This document shows positions 19,016-27,000 of a stretch of 64,000 nt of DNA, piece by piece (positions within the stretch are counted from its first letter, which is position 1; the number at the start of each line of letters is the position of its first letter). Below the pieces are notes generated by a model that was given only the letters and a program-made list of their open reading frames with translations, did not search any database and had not been told where the DNA came from. The DNA is from Clostridia bacterium. GTDB lineage: Bacteria; Bacillota; Clostridia; Oscillospirales; Acutalibacteraceae. A program made the translations under genes and the position numbers. The stretch lies in contig JAFQMC010000020.1 of assembly GCA_017421045.1 (NCBI GenBank), positions 23,391 through 87,390 of the forward strand, read 5' to 3'.

Positions 19016-20009
19016 GCGCTCAAATGTTTCGATTTTTGTGCCCTTTGCAGGATGTCCGAACAGATGCAGTTTTTGTGACCAGCATTCTATAACGGGCAAA
19101 ACAGCAAGGACCACTCCCTACGACGTCAAAAATACAATAGAAATCGCACTCTCATCAGGCGGAATAGATACTACTTCTTCCGAAATCGCTTTCTTCGGCG
19201 GAAGTTTCACCGCTATCGACAGAGATTATATGATTTCACTGCTCGATGCCACAAAGGATTATATAAGCAATTTCAAGGGTATCCGTATATCCACAAGACC
19301 CGACTCCATCGACAGAGAAGTATTGTCTCTCTTGACTGGGTATGGTGTAACGTCAATTGAGCTTGGTGCTCAGTCTATGAGCGATGAAGTATTGCTCCTC
19401 AATAATCGTGGCCACAACAGCGAAAGTGTAAGGACAGCGTCAAAGCTTATCAAAGCCTATGGAATCTCACTGGGACTTCAGATGATGACGGGTCTTTACG
19501 GCAGTAGTGATGAACTTGACGAGTATACCGCAAAGGAATTCATAGCACTGCATCCTGATACAGTGAGGATATATCCTACCGTTGTGCTTGAGAGAACACA
19601 GCTTGCTTCTTTGTATCAGAGCGGATTCTATGAACCTCAGAGTGCGGATTCGGCGGTGAAACTATGCTCACGGCTTATTCCCATGTTTGAAAACGCAGGC
19701 ATAAAAGTAATCCGTGTAGGACTTCACAGCAGTGACACAATGGAAACCGGTATGGTGGCGGGTGCCTATCATCCCGCTTTCAGAGAACTATGTGAAAGCA
19801 GAATTTTCAGAAATATAATTATTGAGAAACTTAGAGCTGACAATACCCCGAAAGGCAGAATTGCCATATTCTGTGCTAAGTCAGCTGTATCAAAAGTAAC
19901 AGGTCAGAAAAAATCAAACCTGACATATTTATCATCTTTGGGTTATTTTGCTACGATAGTCCGGGATGATTCACTAAAGGGTCGTCAGATTATAATACAG
20001 GAAGGCTGA
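19011..20009 (+). CDS. Elp3/YhcC-like radical SAM protein (probable ATT start at 19011; GTG 19038 alternative)
   Basis: CPNRCSFC, FFGGSF, ISTRPD, IELGAQS, QMMTGL, RIYPT motifs. Confidence 0.8.
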   Translation: MKRSNVSIFVPFAGCPNRCSFCDQHSITGKTARTTPYDVKNTIEIALSSGGIDTTSSEIAFFGGSFTAIDRDYMISLLDATKDYISNFKGIRISTRPDSIDREVLSLLTGYGVTSIELGAQSMSDEVLLLNNRGHNSESVRTASKLIKAYGISLGLQMMTGLYGSSDELDEYTAKEFIALHPDTVRIYPTVVLERTQLASLYQSGFYEPQSADSAVKLCSRLIPMFENAGIKVIRVGLHSSDTMETGMVAGAYHPAFRELCESRIFRNIIIEKLRADNTPKGRIAIFCAKSAVSKVTGQKKSNLTYLSSLGYFATIVRDDSLKGRQIIIQEG

Positions 20010-20013
20010 AACT

Positions 20014-23000
20014 ATGCTCCTCAAATCATTAGAGCTTCAGGGCTTTAAAACTTTCCCCGATAAAACTAAATTAACATTCAATACGGGCATTACATCTGTT
20101 GTGGGACCAAACGGTTCCGGCAAGAGCAACATCAGTGATGCAATCCGTTGGGTTCTTGGTGAGCAGTCACCAAAGAGCCTGCGTTGCTCCCGTATGGAAG
20201 ATGTAGTGTTTAACGGAACCACCGGCAGAAAACCTCAGGGATTTGCCGAGGTTACGTTGACAATCGACAACAGCGACAGAGCGCTTCGCTTTGATGGCGA
20301 TACTGTTGCAGTTACCCGTCGGTATTATCGCAGCGGTGAAAGCGAATACCTTATCAATAAAACTCAGGTCAGACTCAAGGATATCAATGAATTGTTTATG
20401 GATACAGGTCTCGGTCGTGACGGTTATTCAATGATCGGTCAGGGTAAGATCGACAGCATTGTATCTTCCAAGAGTGACGACAGACGAGAAATCTTCGAGG
20501 AAGCCGCAGGTATTTCCCGCTATCGCTACAGAAAAACCGAGGCTGAGCGCAAGCTCTCACACACAGAGGATAACCTTGTCCGTCTGAGAGATATTGTCAC
20601 AGAGCTTGAAAGTCGTATAGGTCCTTTAAAGAATCAGGCAAAAAAAGCACAGAGTTTCCTTGAATACTCCGAAGAGAAGAGAGGACTTGAAATAGCTCTC
20701 TGGCTTGATACCCTCAATAAATCATCAGGCGTTATCAGGGATTACGAGGATAAAATAGCAATCAGTGAAAAACAGTGTTCAGATGCTGACAAAACCCTCT
20801 CGGAGCTTTCAGACCTTTCTGATAACTTGTATTCAGAGAGCGGACAGATGTCTGCAAAGCTTGAACAATTACGCACCCTTATATCGGGATGCGAAGCAGA
20901 AATTGCAGAAAAGAAATCTGCAGTCTCTGTTTCTAACAATGATATACTTCATAACAACGAGAACATCATTCGTATTCAGACAAATCTGGAGCAGATTGAT
21001 GTATTTGCCGTTGATATCAAAAAAGAAATCGAGGAAAAACTCCTTTACATAGAAGAAATCAAGAAAACAATATCAGACAAGCAGAAAGACTACGATGAAC
21101 TTGCAAATACCCTGAATACAATAAATGTAGATGCAAGCCGTAGCTCTGATACACTGCAGGAGATAACTACCGCTATTGCAGCTCTGAGTGCAAAGCAAGC
21201 CGACGCAAGAGTTACTCTTATGACCAGTGCTTCGTCAATTTCAGAGCTTGAAAACAGACTAACTGTTCTCTCTGAAAACAAGACGAAGAAAACAGAACAA
21301 CTGACAACTCTCAACGATATGTCAGCAAGCTATAAAACAGAGCAGGAAAAGGCACAGCGTACTATCACACAGCTCACTAACTCCATCAAGGGTCTGGAGA
21401 TGAAGCTTCAGTCAAAAGATGAGAATCTTCAAAATCTCAGACAGAAAGCCGATAAACTCACCCTTGATGCAGGAGAGAAGGCAAGACGTGCAAAAGTCCT
21501 GCAGGACCTTGAGCATAATATGGACGGCTTCAGCCACTCCGTAAAGACGGTTGTCAACAGCGCAAAAGCCGGTGCTTTAAAAGGTATACGAGGACCTGTG
21601 TCCCGTATAATCACGGTTCCTTCAGAGTATACCGTTGCTGTTGAAACAGCTCTCGGCTACGCTATGCAGAATATAGTCACCGCAACGGAAGAAGATGCAA
21701 AAAGAGCAATTTCATATCTCAAACAGCAGAAAGCGGGACGTGCCACATTCCTGCCGATAAACACAATTAAAGGCAAAAAACTCAGCGAAAAAGGACTTGA
21801 CGATTGCTATGGTTTTGTCGGAATCGCCAGCGACCTGTGTTCATGCGAGGAGCAGTACAGCGGTATTCTCCTTTCTCTTCTTGGAAGAATTGCCGTTTTT
21901 GAAGATCTGAACTGTGCCGCCACAGCTGCTAAAAAATTCGGCTATAAATTCAAAGTTGTTACCCTTGACGGACAGGTTGTCAATGCGGGCGGTTCGCTTA
22001 CCGGCGGTTCCTTTGCGAAAAACTCAGGTCTTTTAAGCCGTTCTTCTGAAATCGCCAGAATCAGGCAGGAGGCCGACGAGTTACTGAAAAAAGCAGAAAG
22101 GGCAAAGCAAGACTACATATCCGCCCAGAGCGAGACTGCGTCTATCGAGGCTTCAATTCTCGGATACCGCGCCGACCTTTCCAATGCATCTCAAGAGCTT
22201 GTTCGCATCGAGACAGAGGACAAAGCCTGCGATAATGAAAAACTCGCCGCTGAAGAGGCTCTCAGAGAAATAGATAATGAGATTGTTTCCTGCAACACAA
22301 GGATAGATAGTCTCAAAACTGAGCAGATAAATGCAGAAAAAGTTATTGACGAGTTTACTGCTGAGATCACAAAGCAGGAAGAAAAAGCTGCAGAGATAAG
22401 CGGTAATCGTGCTAATCTCAAAGAGCAACGTGAGCAGTTATCCGAGAAACTTCAGGAACTGCGACTCGAGATTGTCACCTTGGACAAGGACATCGAAAAC
22501 CTCAATTCTGATATAGAAACCGCGAAGAACACCGGTAGTAATCAGGAGGAGAGAAAAGCTGAACTTAACAAGGAAATATCCGACCTCAACGAAGCAAATG
22601 AAGCTATAACACGTCAGATTCAGGAGACAGAATCTGAAATATCCGCTCTGGAAGAACGAATCGCTTCCGCACGCACAGATATAGATTCCACCAACACCCG
22701 TAAAGATGAAATCGAGCGTGAAAGCCATAGGTTGCGCCAACTTGAAAAAGACAAGATGTCAGAGCGAGAGCTTGCCTCCTCTGAGCTTGCACGCCTTCAG
22801 GAACGAATGGTGAATATGCAGAGCAAGTATGACTCTATCATCTCTAAACTTTGGGAAGAGTACGAGCTTACTCGTCTTGAGGCAGAGTCTCACGCGACAG
22901 AGATTGACGACATTCCAACTGCTCAGCGCAGACTCACAGAGCTGAAGCAGAAGATCAAGTCTCTTGGTTCTGTTAATGTGGGTGCTATCGAGGAGTATAA

Positions 23001-23589
23001 AGAAGTCTCTGAGCGCTACGAGTTTATGTCGGCTCAGGTGGCCGATGTTGAAAAGTCAAAGAAAGAGATTCTAAATCTTATCGGTGAACTTACAAAGAAG
23101 ATGAAAGACTCCTTTGTGGAGAGTTTCGCCCTTATCAATTCTCATTTTGGCACAACCTTTACCGAGCTTTTCGGCGGCGGTAATGCTAAGCTTGTCTTAA
23201 CCGATTCCGAGGATATACTCAATAGCGGAATTGATATCTCTGTTCATCCTCCCGGAAAGATTGTGACAAATCTGGATGCTCTCTCCGGTGGAGAAAAGGC
23301 ACTGGTTGCGATTGCTTTGTACTTTGCTATCATGAAGGTCAGACCCTCTCTCTTCTGCGTTATGGACGAGATTGAAGCTGCCCTTGATGAAGTTAATGTT
23401 GACAGATTCGCCCGCTATCTGCGAAACCTTACCGAGCAGACACAGTTCATTACCATTACTCATCGTCGCGGTACAATGGAAGAGGCCGATGTGCTTTATG
23501 GTGTTACAATGCAGGAAGAGGGTATTTCCAAGCTTCTGGAGCTTAGGGCAACTGAGGTTGCAGAGAAACTCAAGATGAACGCAAGATAA
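20014..23589 (+). CDS. smc: Chromosome segregation protein SMC
   Basis: GPNGSGKSN, long coiled coils, hinge GRATFLP, LSGGE, DEIEAALD. Confidence 0.97.
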   Translation: MLLKSLELQGFKTFPDKTKLTFNTGITSVVGPNGSGKSNISDAIRWVLGEQSPKSLRCSRMEDVVFNGTTGRKPQGFAEVTLTIDNSDRALRFDGDTVAVTRRYYRSGESEYLINKTQVRLKDINELFMDTGLGRDGYSMIGQGKIDSIVSSKSDDRREIFEEAAGISRYRYRKTEAERKLSHTEDNLVRLRDIVTELESRIGPLKNQAKKAQSFLEYSEEKRGLEIALWLDTLNKSSGVIRDYEDKIAISEKQCSDADKTLSELSDLSDNLYSESGQMSAKLEQLRTLISGCEAEIAEKKSAVSVSNNDILHNNENIIRIQTNLEQIDVFAVDIKKEIEEKLLYIEEIKKTISDKQKDYDELANTLNTINVDASRSSDTLQEITTAIAALSAKQADARVTLMTSASSISELENRLTVLSENKTKKTEQLTTLNDMSASYKTEQEKAQRTITQLTNSIKGLEMKLQSKDENLQNLRQKADKLTLDAGEKARRAKVLQDLEHNMDGFSHSVKTVVNSAKAGALKGIRGPVSRIITVPSEYTVAVETALGYAMQNIVTATEEDAKRAISYLKQQKAGRATFLPINTIKGKKLSEKGLDDCYGFVGIASDLCSCEEQYSGILLSLLGRIAVFEDLNCAATAAKKFGYKFKVVTLDGQVVNAGGSLTGGSFAKNSGLLSRSSEIARIRQEADELLKKAERAKQDYISAQSETASIEASILGYRADLSNASQELVRIETEDKACDNEKLAAEEALREIDNEIVSCNTRIDSLKTEQINAEKVIDEFTAEITKQEEKAAEISGNRANLKEQREQLSEKLQELRLEIVTLDKDIENLNSDIETAKNTGSNQEERKAELNKEISDLNEANEAITRQIQETESEISALEERIASARTDIDSTNTRKDEIERESHRLRQLEKDKMSERELASSELARLQERMVNMQSKYDSIISKLWEEYELTRLEAESHATEIDDIPTAQRRLTELKQKIKSLGSVNVGAIEEYKEVSERYEFMSAQVADVEKSKKEILNLIGELTKKMKDSFVESFALINSHFGTTFTELFGGGNAKLVLTDSEDILNSGIDISVHPPGKIVTNLDALSGGEKALVAIALYFAIMKVRPSLFCVMDEIEAALDEVNVDRFARYLRNLTEQTQFITITHRRGTMEEADVLYGVTMQEEGISKLLELRATEVAEKLKMNAR

Positions 23590-23611
23590 ATTTAACTTAA
23601 AGGATACAATT

Positions 23612-24526
23612 ATGGGATTTTTCAGTAAAATTAAAGAAGGTCTTAAAAAGACCAGAGATAATGTAGTCGGTCAGATTGACTCAATGCTCAAATCTTTTAA
23701 AAAGATCGACGAGGAACTGTTCGAGGAGCTTGAAGAACTTCTGGTAATGGGTGACGTTGGTGTGCCCACAGCTGAGAAGATCTGCGCTGAACTTCGCACA
23801 AGAGTAAAGAAAGAGGGCATTACCGATCCCGAGAAAATTAACGATCTGCTCTGCGAAATAACAGCAGACCTGCTCACAGGAAATCAGGAGCTTCATATTT
23901 CAACGAAGCCTTCCGTGATTCTTGTCATAGGTGTTAACGGAGTAGGCAAGACTACAACTATCGGCAAACTCGCAAATGACCTTAGAAACCGTGGCAAGAG
24001 AGTAACTCTTGCAGCTGCAGATACATTCCGTGCTGCTGCAATCGACCAGCTTCAGGTCTGGGCAGAGAGAAGCGGCTCCGATATTGTTAAGCAGAACGAG
24101 GGTTCCGACCCTGCCGCAGTTGTGTATGATGCCATTTCATCAGCAAAGGCAAAGGGCAGCGATGTTATTATCTGCGACACAGCAGGCAGACTTCATAACA
24201 AAAAACACCTTATGGATGAGCTTGCTAAGATTAACAGAATCATCGATCGTGAACTGCCTGATGCAGACAAGGAAATCCTTCTTGTCCTGGATGCTACCAC
24301 AGGCCAGAATGCTGTCAATCAGGCTGTCGAGTTCAGAAAAGCTACAGGTATCACCGGAATAGTTCTCACAAAGCTTGACGGCACCGCTAAAGGTGGCGTT
24401 GTTCTTGCGATTCGTGACGGACTCGATATTCCCGTTAAGTACATTGGTGTCGGAGAGCAGATAGACGACCTCCAACCCTTTGAGCCAAAGGACTTCGCAA
24501 AGGCACTCTTTGACAGAGGTGAATGA
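23612..24526 (+). CDS. ftsY: SRP receptor FtsY
   Basis: GVNGVGKTTTIGKLA, DTFRAAA, DTAGRL, TKLDGTAKGG. Confidence 0.96.
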   Translation: MGFFSKIKEGLKKTRDNVVGQIDSMLKSFKKIDEELFEELEELLVMGDVGVPTAEKICAELRTRVKKEGITDPEKINDLLCEITADLLTGNQELHISTKPSVILVIGVNGVGKTTTIGKLANDLRNRGKRVTLAAADTFRAAAIDQLQVWAERSGSDIVKQNEGSDPAAVVYDAISSAKAKGSDVIICDTAGRLHNKKHLMDELAKINRIIDRELPDADKEILLVLDATTGQNAVNQAVEFRKATGITGIVLTKLDGTAKGGVVLAIRDGLDIPVKYIGVGEQIDDLQPFEPKDFAKALFDRGE

Positions 24527-24527
24527 T

Positions 24528-25136
24528 TTGACTGATTTTCTTATTGCCACTAACAATGCTCACAAGGTTGAGGAATTCAAGAGAATTCTTTTGCCTTTGG
24601 GAATAAATGTTATTTCAGCTAAAGATGCAGGTGTGGATTTGGGAGAAGTAGAAGAAAACGGAAGCACTTTTGCCGAAAACGCTAAAATCAAAGCCGAGTC
24701 TGCTTTCAAGATTGCAGGGATTCCCTGCATCGCTGATGATTCCGGTCTGTGTGTTGATGCGCTCGATGGTGCTCCGGGTATCTATTCAGCACGTTACGGC
24801 GGGGAGGATATACCTCAGACCCAACGCACTGCACTGCTTCTTGAAAATATGAAAGATGATAAAGCATCTGATAGAACAGCACGATTTGTATGCAGTATCT
24901 GCTGTGTTTTAAATTCAGAGAATATAATTCAGGTTGAGGGGTACTGCGAGGGTTCCATTGCACTTAAACCTATGGGTGAAGGCGGATTCGGATATGACCC
25001 TGTTTTTCTTTACAAAGACGGTCGCTGTTTTGGTGATATAAGCGGTGAAGAGAAAGACTCAATAAGCCATAGAGGAGCAGGACTTCGCGCACTCAGAGAA
25101 GAACTTCTCAACAGAAAGGATTTGATAAAATGCTGA
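24528..25136 (+). CDS. rdgB: RdgB/HAM1 non-canonical purine NTP pyrophosphatase (TTG start)
   Basis: ATNNAHK, ADDSGL, PGIYSARY, GFGYDP, ISHRG; GAGGTG RBS before TTG 24528. Confidence 0.9.
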   Translation: MTDFLIATNNAHKVEEFKRILLPLGINVISAKDAGVDLGEVEENGSTFAENAKIKAESAFKIAGIPCIADDSGLCVDALDGAPGIYSARYGGEDIPQTQRTALLLENMKDDKASDRTARFVCSICCVLNSENIIQVEGYCEGSIALKPMGEGGFGYDPVFLYKDGRCFGDISGEEKDSISHRGAGLRALREELLNRKDLIKC

Positions 25137-25432
25137 CAAGTAAACAGCGAGCATATCTCAGAGGACTTGCCAATCCTATCGAAACAATCTTGATTGTTGG
25201 TAAAGGCGGTCTTACTGATACAATATACAAGCAGGCTTCAGATGCTCTGAAAGCCCGTGAGCTTATCAAAGGAAAGGTGCTTGAAACCTGTGAGTATTCA
25301 GCCCGCGAGGCTGCTGATATCATCGCAGAAAACGTAAAATGCGATGTGGTTCAGGTAATCGGATATAAGTTCGTGCTCTATAAACGAAACCCCGATGAGC
25401 CTAAAATAAAGCTTCCCAAGGCAAAAGTATGA
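25130..25432 (+). CDS. yhbY: YhbY-family RNA-binding protein
   Basis: MLTSKQRAYLRGLA, GKGG, ELIK, VQVIG. Confidence 0.9.
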   Translation: MLTSKQRAYLRGLANPIETILIVGKGGLTDTIYKQASDALKARELIKGKVLETCEYSAREAADIIAENVKCDVVQVIGYKFVLYKRNPDEPKIKLPKAKV

Positions 25433-26052
25433 GCAGAATTGCTATGTTTGGCGGTAGCTTCAATCCCGTTCATAACGGCCACACAGGGCTTGTGGAGCGA
25501 ATGGTGAAGGAGTTTTCGCTGGATAAGGTCTACGTCATCCCAACTTTCCATACTCCGCTCAAGGATAATTCTCATATGATTACTCCCGTGCATCGGCTCA
25601 ATATGTGCAGACTTGCTTTCGGATTCATGGATAAAGTGGTTGTAAGCGATCTTGAAATCGCGAGGCAGGGGAGAAGCTACACGGTTGACACTCTCAGTAC
25701 ACTCAAAGAGATTCACCCTGATGACGACCTTTATCTAATAATGGGTGCTGATTCTTTTATGCAACTTCCCATGTGGCACAAAGCCGATGAAATATTTGAT
25801 ACAGCAACAATACTTACAGTATCCCGCGGAGAAGTTGAGTATGACACACTTTTAAAACAGAAAGAAGAATATTCCCTGAAGTATGGAGCAAATGCGCAAA
25901 TTCTTAAAGAACCCATAGCTCTTGTTTCTTCCACTGAAGTAAGACAAGCTGTTTCTATGGGCAGGGATTTAAACGGAATGCTTCATCCTGAGGTATCCGG
26001 TTATATTTATAAAAACAGGTTATATGAATATGGACATGAAGAAATACTATGA
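25429..26052 (+). CDS. nadD: Nicotinate-nucleotide adenylyltransferase
   Basis: GGSFNPVHNGH, SYTVDT, MGADS, VSSTEVR. Confidence 0.93.
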   Translation: MSRIAMFGGSFNPVHNGHTGLVERMVKEFSLDKVYVIPTFHTPLKDNSHMITPVHRLNMCRLAFGFMDKVVVSDLEIARQGRSYTVDTLSTLKEIHPDDDLYLIMGADSFMQLPMWHKADEIFDTATILTVSRGEVEYDTLLKQKEEYSLKYGANAQILKEPIALVSSTEVRQAVSMGRDLNGMLHPEVSGYIYKNRLYEYGHEEIL

Positions 26053-26608
26053 ATTAGCTGAGAAAACTCTCAGTGAGCGTCGATTTATCCACAGCCGTAA
26101 CGTAGCTTGTGCTGCAGTAAAGCTTGCTGAAAAGCACGGCTGCAGTCCCGAAAAAGCTGAGCTTGCAGGAATTTTGCATGATATCACAAAAGAAGTGAGT
26201 GCAGAAAACCAGTTGCAAATCATCGAATCGGGTGGTATAATACTTGACGATGTTTACAAAAATTCCCCACAGCTTCTCCATGCTGTGTCCGGAATGGTAT
26301 ACTGTCGTGACTCTTTGGGTATCACTGACGAAGAGGTTCTTTCTGCTATTCGTTATCACACCACGGCAAAGGGGAATATGACCCTGCTTGAAAAGATAAT
26401 CTTCATTGCTGATTTTATTAGCGATGAGCGTGATTACGACGACGTGGATATAATGCGTGCCGAGTGCGAAAAGTCTCTTGAAGCAGGTATGCTTTACGGA
26501 CTCAGCTTTGTTATTCCCGATATTGTCAGAAAGCAACGAGCCGTGCATCCCGACGCTTTAGCGGCATATAACGAACTGGTACTCAACATAAAAATAGAAA
26601 GGAAATGA
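26024..26608 (+). CDS. yqeK: YqeK HD-domain Ap4A hydrolase
   Basis: RFIHS, LHDITK, AIRYHTT, IAD; nadD-yqeK-rsfS synteny. Confidence 0.88.
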   Translation: MNMDMKKYYELAEKTLSERRFIHSRNVACAAVKLAEKHGCSPEKAELAGILHDITKEVSAENQLQIIESGGIILDDVYKNSPQLLHAVSGMVYCRDSLGITDEEVLSAIRYHTTAKGNMTLLEKIIFIADFISDERDYDDVDIMRAECEKSLEAGMLYGLSFVIPDIVRKQRAVHPDALAAYNELVLNIKIERK

Positions 26609-26967
26609 CTATGACTACTTTTGAACATGCAATCGAAAGTGCTAAGATTTTATCTGATAAAAAAGCAAGTAAGTTAAGCGTCATCAGAATTGATAAGGTT
26701 TCGTCTCTTGCTGACTATATGGTTCTTGCAACAGGTAACAACTCAACTCACGTCAAAGCACTGGCAGACGAGGTTGAATTTCAGCTTAAGGCTATGGGTA
26801 AGACAGTTCATCATATCGAGGGTCATCGCTCTGATTCATGGATTCTTCTTGACTATTCCGATGTGATTATTCATGTATTCTCTGACGAAGCAAGAGAGTA
26901 TTACAGTCTTGACCACCTCTGGCAGGATGGCGAGGTTGTTGACCTTTCACCCTATATCAGCGACTGA
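26605..26967 (+). CDS. rsfS: Ribosome silencing factor
   Basis: WILLDYSDVIIHVF, REYYSL..LW. Confidence 0.92.
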   Translation: MTMTTFEHAIESAKILSDKKASKLSVIRIDKVSSLADYMVLATGNNSTHVKALADEVEFQLKAMGKTVHHIEGHRSDSWILLDYSDVIIHVFSDEAREYYSLDHLWQDGEVVDLSPYISD

Positions 26968-27000
26968 TAATTCAGTAATATATCATGAGGAGGACTCATT

